Positions 29,918 through 39,696 of a DNA stretch of 64,000 bases are shown here, one piece after another. The notes under the pieces are model-generated. The model had not been told where the DNA came from, made no database searches, and was given only the letters and a program-made list of their open reading frames with translations. Position 1 is the stretch's first letter. Every line of letters starts with the position of its first letter. The translations under genes were made by a program, and so were the position numbers. The stretch lies in the IMG/VR virus record IMGVR_UViG_3300009159_000048, positions 1 to 64,000 of that record; one strand, given 5' to 3'. Source of the stretch: a virus.

Positions 29918-31440
29918 ATCTCAGCTTCTAGTTTCTTAATCTCATCTAGAATTTCTTTTAACTCTTCTTTTTTATTCATCATAATCTTCTTGTTCTTTTT
30001 ACGATCAGCGTAAACATCCTCCAACATCCTCAAAGTTGGTGATGGTCTTTTTTCAAAAACAACACCATTGACACAAACAACGTGCTTATCCAAATCAATA
30101 GGTCGATTATTTGAGCATTTAGATTTATCCTTTTCATCTTGAACACCCACAAATGTTTCAGGTGCTATAAAGAATTGTCTTTGTGTTGTAGGATACAAAG
30201 AAGCAAAGTCATAACAAACAACCCACTGATTCAACCCAACAACTGGATCCTTTACCCAACCACCAGCAATTGTGGATTCTGCATCTCCTTTCTCATCTCT
30301 AAAAAGAACAATGTTATCCATCTCACGGAATCTGTTTCTTAAAACGCCTTCTGTAATAGCAAGTGAACCTAGGGCATTATTCATTTGTGAAACAACATCA
30401 ACAATTCTAATACGAGCCAATGATGAAATCGCATAAATAATTGAAATGTAGTTACGAGATTCATGAATCTTTTGCACTAGAACCGAATCGACCGCGTTAT
30501 AATACATAAAAGTCTCAAAATCATCTTCATAAAGTTTCTGTAAAGATCCGTTATATTTAATCTTTTCAACACCAACAAGTTTACTAGCAACAAAGTCTAA
30601 TGATGATGACTCTTTTACTTTAATAGAAGTATCACAGATTTCATATAACTGCATGTAATCAAAAATCATTCTATGAGCAGGTACCTCAAATTCAGTAGAC
30701 CATATTTTATTCATCTTTTTAGTTAAAGAAGAAACAGCAGGATCGATTTTATATTCTTTGCCATTAACCCATTTAGATATCTTTCTAGAACGATTTACTA
30801 AATATAACCAGTCATATTTAAGGAAGTTCCATCCAGTTAAAATAGGCATTTTAGGAATCATCTTATAAAAGAAAGAATACAACATATCAAATTCATCATC
30901 GTATTTGATGTATTTAAATTTGTACTCAGTGCCAAACTTCTCAAAATACTTATTAGTATTTTTTGTGATTCTGTCTTGCATATCTTCTGGCATATCTTTC
31001 AACCCAAGAAGTATTATTTTATCATCATAAACAATAGAAATAGAAAGAACTTGTGTAGAAGCTCCTTCTTTTGTTACATTACCGTTTATGTCTTTTATAT
31101 CAGCTGCTTCCGGAAAACCATCAACGATTTCCGTTTCAATATCTATAAAATATATCTTAGGTAAATTGAACTCAAAGATTTCATCTTTTTCATGCTCAGG
31201 TAAAGCATCTAAAAACTCATAAATTGCATATCTATCTGGGTGATTTACTTCAATCTGTTTAACCGACTTATCATCCCAAGAACGGAAAGTAGGATGTCTC
31301 TGAGGATCATTATCTTCACAGGAAACATATTTCATTGGATTATCCCAAGAAAAATATTTTAATTTAATATCACCAGTTTTATCAACATAACTAACTACTA
31401 GTTTTTTACTATTCGATAAATATTGTGTTTCTACAAGCAT
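29914..31440 (-). CDS. Family B DNA polymerase, N-terminal part (3'-5' exonuclease plus motif A); apparently a split gene
   Basis: DIET, GWNFLKYD and YNAVD exonuclease motifs; GGWV...DFASLYP. Ends in the fingers helix with no motif B or C. Confidence 0.85.
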   Translation of the reverse strand: MLVETQYLSNSKKLVVSYVDKTGDIKLKYFSWDNPMKYVSCEDNDPQRHPTFRSWDDKSVKQIEVNHPDRYAIYEFLDALPEHEKDEIFEFNLPKIYFIDIETEIVDGFPEAADIKDINGNVTKEGASTQVLSISIVYDDKIILLGLKDMPEDMQDRITKNTNKYFEKFGTEYKFKYIKYDDEFDMLYSFFYKMIPKMPILTGWNFLKYDWLYLVNRSRKISKWVNGKEYKIDPAVSSLTKKMNKIWSTEFEVPAHRMIFDYMQLYEICDTSIKVKESSSLDFVASKLVGVEKIKYNGSLQKLYEDDFETFMYYNAVDSVLVQKIHESRNYISIIYAISSLARIRIVDVVSQMNNALGSLAITEGVLRNRFREMDNIVLFRDEKGDAESTIAGGWVKDPVVGLNQWVVCYDFASLYPTTQRQFFIAPETFVGVQDEKDKSKCSNNRPIDLDKHVVCVNGVVFEKRPSPTLRMLEDVYADRKKNKKIMMNKKEELKEILDEIKKLEAEI

Positions 31441-31528
31441 TTTAATTTGTATTATTTTTATAAATATTATACAATTTAATGAGATTAAGTTTTTAATAGA
31501 TACTCAATATTAAAAAAGTTATTATAAT

Positions 31529-31559
31529 TTTGATTATTAGATAAAATAGCTTATCTTTG
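31529..31559 (+). promoter_or_regulatory. Bacteroidota-type sigma-A promoter
   Basis: TTTG, a 19 nt spacer and TATCTTTG upstream of 31586. Confidence 0.6.
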
Positions 31560-31585
31560 TTAGACAATTAAAAAATCACTACGAC

Positions 31586-31906
31586 ATGAAAACACTTTTT
31601 GAAATCAAACAAAGTCTTTTAGAAAAAAATTACACAAAGAAAAATCTTAAAGTTAAGATTAATTTGGCTAAATTAGCAATCTTAATCACTTCTGAAATGA
31701 CTATCACATTGATTACCACAATTCCATTTATTATTGGATTCTCATTTTTTGAATTCAATACACAAATTGCTATCATTTATGTAGTTGCTCACTTTTTATT
31801 TTATGCTCTTTACTTAAAGAAGTCATACAAAAAAGAATTATTACCAACTCACTTAGAAGCTAAATTAGAACTTCAAGCTTTGAGAGAAATCAAATCTACC
31901 AAATAA
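31586..31906 (+). CDS. Small two-TM membrane protein
   Basis: Two hydrophobic helices. Confidence 0.65.
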   Translation: MKTLFEIKQSLLEKNYTKKNLKVKINLAKLAILITSEMTITLITTIPFIIGFSFFEFNTQIAIIYVVAHFLFYALYLKKSYKKELLPTHLEAKLELQALREIKSTK

Positions 31907-31938
31907 AAAAAACCCCACTATAAATAGTGGGGTTTTTT
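31905..31938. terminator. Bidirectional intrinsic terminator
   Basis: AAAAAACCCCACTAT-AA-ATAGTGGGGTTTTTT. Confidence 0.8.
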
Positions 31939-31952
31939 AATATTAAAATTAA

Positions 31953-32516
31953 TTATAATTCACCAGATAACGAAGCACCAGTAGTAATTAAAATTGGACC
32001 AACTAAAACAGCTGTAATAACAGCAACAACAGGAACCCAAGCAACTGAATATAACATCACACCACCAATAGCACCTAACATACCATATCCTTGTAAACAA
32101 GCAACTCCCCATGTTAATAAACCAGCTAAAGAAGCACTTAATCCCAAATATCTAATAACTCTACCAGTAATAAACTTCCAGTCAATTTCTTCATTTAATC
32201 GAAGACTTTCAGTGACTTCGTCTTGTACTTCTTTAAGAGCTTCAATAGTTTCTTGTGGATTACTTTTCATTTCTTCAAGTTTAGCTTTATCTTCAGCAGG
32301 TAGATCGCTAATTCTTTTTTGTAATTCTTTTAAGAATTCTTGAATTTTAGGGTCTTCTTTTCTACTTTCTAACTCGGATTTAATTTTTTCACCAACTTCT
32401 TGAGCAGCTTTATCTTTTAAGCCTGAAAAAAAGTTTTTAATTTTTTGGTAAATATCACCAAAAAATCCTTCTTCTTCATTAATTGAGAAATTTTCAAAAG
32501 TTTTAACATATTTCAT
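31953..32516 (-). CDS. Protein with capsid-targeting-like leader and C-terminal TM helices
   Basis: MKYVKTFENFSINEEE leader; hydrophobic C-terminus. Confidence 0.7.
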   Translation of the reverse strand: MKYVKTFENFSINEEEGFFGDIYQKIKNFFSGLKDKAAQEVGEKIKSELESRKEDPKIQEFLKELQKRISDLPAEDKAKLEEMKSNPQETIEALKEVQDEVTESLRLNEEIDWKFITGRVIRYLGLSASLAGLLTWGVACLQGYGMLGAIGGVMLYSVAWVPVVAVITAVLVGPILITTGASLSGEL

Positions 32517-32582
32517 GTCTAATAGTTTAATTTTTATAATGTATATATTAGATTGAAAAAGTCATTTTTTATAATTAAGTTA

Positions 32583-33086
32583 TTAGAAAGTACAATCAAA
32601 GTAATCTAACGTGATATCATTTTTTTTATCAATAAATAATAGTTCTGTTCTACGCATTATCTGATACTCATAATGATAACCGGTTTTAAATAATGTTCTA
32701 ATGAATGGAATCTCATCACTAAAATTAACTTTGGAACTGTCTATCATCAAACAAAGACATTTTTCGTCATCTTCAGAGTTATAACCAGTAATTTCACCTT
32801 CATAATCTCTATCCATGTTTTTCTTACCGAAACAAATAAATTTAGTTTCTAATTCCTCGACTACATCTTCACTACGATTTGGTTTGTGACAAATAGTAAT
32901 ATCAGAACCTACTTCAACAGAAGGAGAATTTTCCGTCAAATAAAGTCTAATCCAAAAATAAACTTTTTGTTCTTCTATTACTTTTGTAATAGACCCTTCT
33001 TCGTAATTCCAATCACTTGTAGTATCTATATCTTTAATAGATTCTAATAACTGTTCTCTATAATCACCTTTAACTAACTGATTCAT
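32583..33086 (-). CDS. Hypothetical protein
   Basis: 167 aa ORF in the thyA operon. Confidence 0.65.
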   Translation of the reverse strand: MNQLVKGDYREQLLESIKDIDTTSDWNYEEGSITKVIEEQKVYFWIRLYLTENSPSVEVGSDITICHKPNRSEDVVEELETKFICFGKKNMDRDYEGEITGYNSEDDEKCLCLMIDSSKVNFSDEIPFIRTLFKTGYHYEYQIMRRTELLFIDKKNDITLDYFDCTF

Positions 33087-33102
33087 ATATTTAATTTATT
33101 TT

Positions 33103-34200
33103 TTAATTTGATAATGGGAATTTAACCGTTTTAGAAGAGTTATATCCCACAACTTTTATATCATCATACCTTAATTCATCAATAGAAGAATTTGATAATT
33201 CTAACTTTGGGAGCTTAAATGTCTCATTATTTAATTGTTCCTCAACTCCACTTACTTGATTCGAGTAGATATGACAATCACCTCCAGAAAAAATTAGTTG
33301 GTTTGGAATCATATTGACTTCTCTACATAGTAAGTGTAATAACAAACCATAAGATGCAATATTATAAGGAATACCCAAAGGAACATCACAAGATCTCTGA
33401 GTCCATTTAAGACTTAACTTTCTTTTTGGAACATTAAGTTCATCTAATCTATCACTACTCAAATCTTCAGCGTAGCTTATATGTTTATCTAACGAATCAC
33501 ACAAAAGTTTTTTTCTTTCTTCTAAATCAATTTCGGTTGTATAACACTGAAAACCGTAATGACAAGGTGGAAGAACCATTTGGTCTAATTCACCTACATT
33601 CCAAGCTGAAACCATTAATCGTCTACTATCAGGATTTGTTTTAAGATCGTTGATTAGGTTTGCGATTTGGTCTATACTCGATTCATATACTCCAGGTTCA
33701 ACAATCTTTTCAACTCGTGTAGTTTTTCTAACCCAACTTCTCCATTGCTTACCATACACTGGACCTAAATCACCCCACTTCTTAGCAAACTCCGTATCTG
33801 TTTTGATTTTGTTGATAAATTCTTCTTGTGTATATGCTCTATTAGAAGAACCATTCATTCCATTAATAACAACATCTTCTTTTACATTATCTTTATTAGA
33901 AAACCTATCTCTAGTCTTTAAATAATTGGAGAAGCAGTCACCATCCCAGATATGAACACCATTATCAACAAGATATTTAATGTTTGTATCTCCACGTAAA
34001 AACCAAATAAGTTCATGGAAAATTCCCTTAATAAACATTTTCTTCGATGTTAAAAGAGGAAATCCTTCAGACATATCAAATTTCATAGTATAATCAAAAA
34101 CAGAAATAGTTCCTGTTCCTGTTCTATCTTTTTTTAACACACCATTATCTAAAATGTATTTTAAGAATTTTAGATATTGTTTATCTACATTATTTTTCAT
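33103..34200 (-). CDS. thyA: Thymidylate synthase
   Basis: DRTGTGT, ELIWFLRG, GPVYGKQWR, SRR, LPPCH and QRSCDVPLGIPYN. Confidence 0.95.
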   Translation of the reverse strand: MKNNVDKQYLKFLKYILDNGVLKKDRTGTGTISVFDYTMKFDMSEGFPLLTSKKMFIKGIFHELIWFLRGDTNIKYLVDNGVHIWDGDCFSNYLKTRDRFSNKDNVKEDVVINGMNGSSNRAYTQEEFINKIKTDTEFAKKWGDLGPVYGKQWRSWVRKTTRVEKIVEPGVYESSIDQIANLINDLKTNPDSRRLMVSAWNVGELDQMVLPPCHYGFQCYTTEIDLEERKKLLCDSLDKHISYAEDLSSDRLDELNVPKRKLSLKWTQRSCDVPLGIPYNIASYGLLLHLLCREVNMIPNQLIFSGGDCHIYSNQVSGVEEQLNNETFKLPKLELSNSSIDELRYDDIKVVGYNSSKTVKFPLSN

Positions 34201-34648
34201 CCAATAATAAATTTATTTTTTTATCTCTTATTTTTTCTTTAAGCAATTCAGACACAGATGAAATTTGCAAAGGTTCTATGTCTAATTCTTTTGGCTTATT
34301 TAGAATTACAAACTCAGTAAATGTGAATAGTTTCTTCACCGGAATTTTAATAAGCTCTAAAATGCAATCTTTTGTTAAAAAGTCTATGTCATCCACTACT
34401 AAATAATCAAATCTTCCATCTTTAACCAATTCATCAATTACCTGAATAGTCTTTTTATTATTATATTCTGTTGAATAAAGACTTTTAGTTGTATCAAATA
34501 TTTTACCCATATAATCTACACTATCAGAACAACTAACAAAACAAATTTTTGATCCAATAGAATTAAGATACTTAGCAAACTCGTAAATAAATATACTTTT
34601 ACCTGAGTTTCTTTCTCCTTGAATCAATATCAAATCTTCATCAAACAT
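34190..34648 (-). CDS. Small P-loop NTPase-like protein
   Basis: GERNSGKS Walker A and LVVDD Walker B. Confidence 0.6.
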   Translation of the reverse strand: MFDEDLILIQGERNSGKSIFIYEFAKYLNSIGSKICFVSCSDSVDYMGKIFDTTKSLYSTEYNNKKTIQVIDELVKDGRFDYLVVDDIDFLTKDCILELIKIPVKKLFTFTEFVILNKPKELDIEPLQISSVSELLKEKIRDKKINLLLDEK

Positions 34649-35465
34649 TAAGACTTATATTAGACTTTGATAAATTAGTTTTATATGGACAACTATCTAT
34701 CCATTTTTCTTGAAACCAAAATGTTCTACCAGTTGAATCTTTACAGGAAACTCCCTTTTGATAATAAACCCATTTTATAAATTCATCATAGTCGGTATCA
34801 AAAGGATTTTTCCAATCAGATAATTGACCACCGTTTAGATTATAAGCCATAATCGGAATATCTCTACACATAGATAATATCTTATCATTATTTTCTATAA
34901 CATCTCTAGCTTTTAAGAATGGATCGATATCTAAATAATAAAGTATTGTACTTCTTAAGTAATTACCTATACCATTAAAATACTTTTGATTTAACAGAAC
35001 TTCACAAATTGGACCATCAAAATCTTTTCTGTGTAAATTAGATTTGACATTCTCATAGAAATCTGAAAATTCCTTTGTAGGGTCTGGTCCTCTTTTAACA
35101 CCAGTAAATTCACCAATTCTATATTTAGGACCCATATATGATCCATAAAGAAGTAGTGAATAACCATCAGTTGAGTCTAATCTCATTCTAACAAATTTAG
35201 TATCACTCCAACTTTCGGTAGGCACCCACTTCCAGTTACCAGACATACCCATAAAAACTGAAATTTTATGAATTTCAGAATCATTATAAAATCTTAATTT
35301 TAGTTCTTTACCAAATGATTCAGCATCGATGTTAAAATTTTCTAATAAAGTGAATTGCTCAGGATTATTTCCTTTTAGAACGTGGTATGATTTGTTAAAT
35401 GTTTTTCTTTTAGTATTATGATTGATATAATCAGCCATAATTTTTAATTCTGGTCCTTCCGGCAT
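34641..35465 (-). CDS. nei: Fpg/Nei-family DNA glycosylase (NEIL1-like)
   Basis: N-terminal PEGPE, GKEL, GMSG, H2TH LLNQKYFNGIGNY and GRTFW. Confidence 0.85.
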   Translation of the reverse strand: MPEGPELKIMADYINHNTKRKTFNKSYHVLKGNNPEQFTLLENFNIDAESFGKELKLRFYNDSEIHKISVFMGMSGNWKWVPTESWSDTKFVRMRLDSTDGYSLLLYGSYMGPKYRIGEFTGVKRGPDPTKEFSDFYENVKSNLHRKDFDGPICEVLLNQKYFNGIGNYLRSTILYYLDIDPFLKARDVIENNDKILSMCRDIPIMAYNLNGGQLSDWKNPFDTDYDEFIKWVYYQKGVSCKDSTGRTFWFQEKWIDSCPYKTNLSKSNISLNV

Positions 35466-35514
35466 ATCATTATTTTAATAATCATGATATGAATTAAATA
35501 ATAAATTGTTTAGA

Positions 35515-35940
35515 TTATTTTAGACCTTTAAGACAAGCTACTACATTTGATATAATGTAAGCAATAACAGCTACTTTCAACACAGTCATATTATCGACTC
35601 CAAAACCGAAATAACCTACTAATCCACCAATGAAGGTCACTATACTTGCGATTCTTAGGTACTTACTTACTTTATCTACAACCGTATACCAATTTTTAGA
35701 AAACCATTCACCAAATCCCTCATCAACTCCTAAAAGTAACGATTTAACCAACTCAGGATCTTGTAGATCATCAAAAGTAACACCATGGTCTTTTGCAAAT
35801 TTCTCTAAATCTTGTTTTATTTTGTTTTTATCAACACCATCTAATAAGTTAAAATACTCAGATGTTTTATTTTCGATATTAGAAAGATCAGTAGTTGGAA
35901 TTTCTTGATTATATGATTCAAATTTTGATAAATATTTCAT
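35515..35940 (-). CDS. Protein with capsid-targeting-like leader and two C-terminal TM helices
   Basis: MKYLSKFES leader; hydrophobic C-terminus. Confidence 0.65.
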   Translation of the reverse strand: MKYLSKFESYNQEIPTTDLSNIENKTSEYFNLLDGVDKNKIKQDLEKFAKDHGVTFDDLQDPELVKSLLLGVDEGFGEWFSKNWYTVVDKVSKYLRIASIVTFIGGLVGYFGFGVDNMTVLKVAVIAYIISNVVACLKGLK

Positions 35941-35958
35941 AAAAACAAATTTAAGTTT

Positions 35959-35970
35959 TAATATATATTA
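35959..35970. promoter_or_regulatory. Bidirectional TAATATATA putative promoter
   Basis: Palindrome TAATATATATTA between divergent genes. Confidence 0.55.
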
Positions 35971-35988
35971 AAATTTTAATTAAAAAAT

Positions 35989-37080
35989 ATGAAAAGACTA
36001 AATAGTTATCAAAAGTTTTTTGAACAAAAACAATTAGAATCAATTCTGGAAGAATTTGGTAGTATTTTAGAATCCGATGAAGCGGCTGCCGCGACCCCAA
36101 AAGAGTCTCAGTCAGAAAAAGAGATTTTAGAAGAAATGCCAGAAGACCAAAAAACTAAAATAGAAGATATTTTAGCTAAACACTTTCCGGAAAGCAAAGG
36201 AAAACTAGATGTTGATGATTTAACAAAAGGTGAAGGTGAGAAAAAAGAAGGTGAGAAAAAAGAAGGTGAAGAATCTGAGAAAACAAATGAAGGAGCTATT
36301 CTATTAGCTATCACAATAGCATCACTAATACCAGTGTGTATGGAAGCAGTTGGAGGTTTATCTAATCTTCTAAAACAAAAGTTCTCAATAAATCTAGATG
36401 ATAAACAAATAGCTAATCTAAAAAGAATGAATGATGCAATAGCAACATACAATAAAATATTATCAAAAGGTACTGGTAAGTTTTCAGGTAAAGAATATGA
36501 TATGAAAACATTTTCAGAAATTTCTAACATATTATCTAAAGAATTAACGAATCCAGAATTAGCATTTGGTAAAGGATATGAAGATGACCATGGACATGGG
36601 TCAAAAACAAATGAAGAGGCTGAAGTAGCTACTGAAGAAACAAAACCTGAAGGAGATGATACAGAGTCATCAGTCAATAAACTAAAAAGTGTTGAATCTC
36701 AAATTAAAAAAGAAATAGCTAAATTAAAAAAATTCAGAGACAAAATCTTTGGAAGTAACTTTGGAAACTGGATGAAAGAAAAAGGACATGCTTTACATCA
36801 CGCATACACAGCTCCAATAAGAGCCGTACTTTGGACTATATCTAAAGCAACTAAAAGTTCAAGTAAATTGAGAGATGAAAAGTTTAGAGAAAAAGCGGCT
36901 AATGTTATCTATGCAATCACAATGGTTGGTTTAGCTGGATATGGAATATGGGCGACACTTGGACATATGGCTGGTGTTGGTGAAGTAGCACAAATTGTAC
37001 TAAAAGGATTAGAAAGTGGTGTAAACACAAAAGAACTAATAAAAACTGCACTTACAGCTCTTATGGGAGGAACAGCTTAA
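35989..37080 (+). CDS. Hypothetical protein with hydrophobic segments
   Basis: MKRLNSYQKFFE leader; GEKKE repeat; HALHHAY. Confidence 0.65.
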   Translation: MKRLNSYQKFFEQKQLESILEEFGSILESDEAAAATPKESQSEKEILEEMPEDQKTKIEDILAKHFPESKGKLDVDDLTKGEGEKKEGEKKEGEESEKTNEGAILLAITIASLIPVCMEAVGGLSNLLKQKFSINLDDKQIANLKRMNDAIATYNKILSKGTGKFSGKEYDMKTFSEISNILSKELTNPELAFGKGYEDDHGHGSKTNEEAEVATEETKPEGDDTESSVNKLKSVESQIKKEIAKLKKFRDKIFGSNFGNWMKEKGHALHHAYTAPIRAVLWTISKATKSSSKLRDEKFREKAANVIYAITMVGLAGYGIWATLGHMAGVGEVAQIVLKGLESGVNTKELIKTALTALMGGTA

Positions 37081-37099
37081 TCTTTACAAAATATCTAAT

Positions 37100-37131
37100 A
37101 AAAAAGTCTTATCATATGATAAGACTTTTTT
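37100..37131. terminator. Bidirectional intrinsic terminator
   Basis: AAAAAGTCTTATCATATGATAAGACTTTTT. Confidence 0.75.
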
Positions 37132-37133
37132 AT

Positions 37134-37484
37134 TTAATTACATTTTATTTTAACCCACTTAACTAGTATATCTCCGTGACATGATTTACCACCACCTCCT
37201 AAATTTTTACACCAACATCCAAGAACTTTATCTTTTAATTCGTGTAAATCATTCATTAGGTCTTCATTAGAAAGTAAATACTGTTCATAAGCATCTACAA
37301 TGACTTTTCTTGAAGTTCCTTCTGGAAAACTTTCACGTAATTCTTTTGGATAAGCCCATTTATTGTATTTACCACCAGGTAGACGACCAATATAAATATC
37401 AAAATCTTCCTTCTTAAAATGAACTACTCTGACTTTATGTTCGTATTTAGGATTACCCTTGAAGCTATCAAAAAAATCATCCAT
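37134..37484 (-). CDS. DUF4326-like protein
   Basis: DIYIGR, LHELKDKVLGCWC and CHGDIL. Confidence 0.75.
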   Translation of the reverse strand: MDDFFDSFKGNPKYEHKVRVVHFKKEDFDIYIGRLPGGKYNKWAYPKELRESFPEGTSRKVIVDAYEQYLLSNEDLMNDLHELKDKVLGCWCKNLGGGGKSCHGDILVKWVKIKCN

Positions 37485-37487
37485 ATT

Positions 37488-37961
37488 TTACAGATTGAAT
37501 CTTATACATTGGTCTAAAATATATTTAGAGTGTTCTAATTGTAAGTGAGTAGCCAAACCAATAGTAATGTGGTAACCAAAATAAGGGTCAGGATTTAATC
37601 CAATAACACTTCTGATATTTCTAGCATCATCACTATCAGCTTTTATCCACCAGTGACCTTTGTCATTAGCTCTAATGATAGCAGGATCATACATTACTGT
37701 AATTTCTTTACCATGAAAAAGTTCCCGAGCTTGTCTGTAAAGTTCATCACTTTCAAATTTATCATTGATAATAGTTAAGTGAGTTCCTCTAAGTGGTTTA
37801 TTTAGTTTTAGATTAAATCTTTTTTCAAGAAACCAAGAGTAGTAAGCGAAAAGATCACAATCAAAGCGAACCATAGCAGTTCTCTTCCAAGAAGACTGAG
37901 ATAAGTGCTTCTTAGTCACGTTAACTGGGTCAAATTCTAATATACCTTTCAATTCAAACAT
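37488..37961 (-). CDS. 2H phosphoesterase-family protein
   Basis: Two HxT motifs (THLTII, YHITIG). ATG at 37961 directly follows TATATTTG (37965-37972). Confidence 0.6.
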   Translation of the reverse strand: MFELKGILEFDPVNVTKKHLSQSSWKRTAMVRFDCDLFAYYSWFLEKRFNLKLNKPLRGTHLTIINDKFESDELYRQARELFHGKEITVMYDPAIIRANDKGHWWIKADSDDARNIRSVIGLNPDPYFGYHITIGLATHLQLEHSKYILDQCIRFNL

Positions 37962-37998
37962 ATACAAATATAAGAAAAAAAATTTAATATATAAAATA

Positions 37999-38433
37999 AT
38001 GATACTAACAACATTGATAATAACTAATCTTCTTTGGATAATATATTCAATTACTGAAGGAGTAAGAGAGGGTTTCTACTGGAATTATGAAAATAAAAGC
38101 AAAAGAGTTTGTGATTTTAACATAAATCCTGTTTTTAATTTACAAAGAATTATAGTTCTTACACTTATGGGTGGATTTTTAGTTCACTCACTTGGATTGT
38201 TTTCATTACTTTCATTAGCATGTATGATATTAATGTTTAGTTTTTTTCACAATGGAACTTATTACTATACAAGAAATAAACTACAAAGTGGAGTTTATCC
38301 AAAAGGTTGGTTTGACGAATCAAAAAGTTTTCCACCATTTCACACATCACTATACACATATAAGAAAAGAACAATTTCTTTAATATTAGGATTGGCAACT
38401 CAGATTTTTGTATATATATTCTTATTATCTTAA
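37999..38433 (+). CDS. Membrane protein
   Basis: About four TM segments. Confidence 0.65.
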   Translation: MILTTLIITNLLWIIYSITEGVREGFYWNYENKSKRVCDFNINPVFNLQRIIVLTLMGGFLVHSLGLFSLLSLACMILMFSFFHNGTYYYTRNKLQSGVYPKGWFDESKSFPPFHTSLYTYKKRTISLILGLATQIFVYIFLLS

Positions 38434-38435
38434 TT

Positions 38436-38591
38436 ATGAGCAAACAACAACAAAATAAAGAAAGAGTCAGAATCTCAAAAGAAAAATTCATCTACGAGTT
38501 CTGTAAACAACGAGGATGGAATCCTAAAGAACTGACCACAGGTCAAATGTTATTTATTATAACACAATCTGATTTTAAGAACATCAAGTAA
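38436..38591 (+). CDS. Small hypothetical protein, 51 aa (not in the ORF track)
   Basis: MSKQQQNKERVRISKEKFIYEFCKQRGWNPKELTTGQMLFIITQSDFKNIK; fills the gap exactly. Confidence 0.55.
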   Translation: MSKQQQNKERVRISKEKFIYEFCKQRGWNPKELTTGQMLFIITQSDFKNIK

Positions 38592-39680
38592 TTAACTGAT
38601 TATAAAAATCTCCTCCATTGGAATTTGAGATAAATCCTCAATGTAAGTAGATAAATCACCACGATTACCAATCATTTCTTCATGTCCACTTTGCTTAACA
38701 CCATATAGTATATCACCATTCCAATTAACATCAGAATACTCAATTAATCCAAAATGTATCATCCAAGATCTAATCTGAGATTTTTCATCTTCAATTTGTC
38801 TATCAGAAATCAAAGCCTTTACAGTTTTATCGTTATACATAACATATGTATAATTTGACTCAGTAAATCCAAGTGGATAAGCATCATCACCACCAGGAGC
38901 GTCAAAGTCAAAATCATCATCCTCATCGTAATAATCATATGATAATTCTTGATTTCTTTTAATTGGAAGTGTTTCCCAGTCTATTTTACAAACAGCTTTA
39001 CAAAGTTTTCGTAAGTGATTCAAATCTTGAAGTTCAGAATAACCATGTTCACCATAATAACCAACAGAAATATTTGTACATTCTTGAACCGAACTCATAA
39101 ACTGAGCAGAGTCGGTGTAAATACCAGTTGGGTCAGGTTTGTAATTAAATGTAGAGTCTACTGAATTTAATCTTTTTGACAACTCAACAGCGAAGTCATT
39201 TGAGCAACAAACTCCAGTCCATTGTTCAGTAATAACAGAATCTGTACCTCGTCTATCAAATGAAACGACTTTTGTAATATTTTTTGATAATGGATTACCA
39301 GACCAAACTCTAGAAACTTGTTTCGATCCGACACAACCACACTCTTCACCAATAAAAAAGTAATAAAGACCTGGAATACCTTTTTCAATCATATAAAGTA
39401 TAACAGTCATACCTGCCTTATCATCAGCCGAAAGAACAGTAGTACCATCAGTAGTAACTAAATCTTTCTCCTTAAAAACGTGGTTTATTTTTGATTGTGT
39501 AGAACAAGCGGTGTCTAAGTGACAAGTAAACATTGTAGAAGGATTATCACCTATTAGAATATAATAGTTTCCGAATTCATCTTTTGTATATCCTTGTGGT
39601 AAATAACTCTCGAGTTGAGACTCGGTCCCGTGCGGGTATGTTTTTTTTGTTAATTGTAAAAATTTTCTCGTAATACGCAT
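38592..39680 (-). CDS. M20/M28-family zinc peptidase-like protein
   Basis: HLDT, ADDKAG, GEE, FDRRG, TDS and H metal-ligand motifs. Confidence 0.75.
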   Translation of the reverse strand: MRITRKFLQLTKKTYPHGTESQLESYLPQGYTKDEFGNYYILIGDNPSTMFTCHLDTACSTQSKINHVFKEKDLVTTDGTTVLSADDKAGMTVILYMIEKGIPGLYYFFIGEECGCVGSKQVSRVWSGNPLSKNITKVVSFDRRGTDSVITEQWTGVCCSNDFAVELSKRLNSVDSTFNYKPDPTGIYTDSAQFMSSVQECTNISVGYYGEHGYSELQDLNHLRKLCKAVCKIDWETLPIKRNQELSYDYYDEDDDFDFDAPGGDDAYPLGFTESNYTYVMYNDKTVKALISDRQIEDEKSQIRSWMIHFGLIEYSDVNWNGDILYGVKQSGHEEMIGNRGDLSTYIEDLSQIPMEEIFIIS

Positions 39681-39696
39681 GTTATATAGATTTAAG

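Noticed and set aside
19773-33103. Inteins or introns in nrdA, the helicases or the polymerase
   Set aside because: The ORFs are continuous, with no C/S...HN splice junctions or homing-endonuclease motifs.
36232-36267. 15-nt tandem repeat GAAGGTGAGAAAAAA
   Set aside because: An in-frame coding duplication (GEKKE) in a low-complexity linker.
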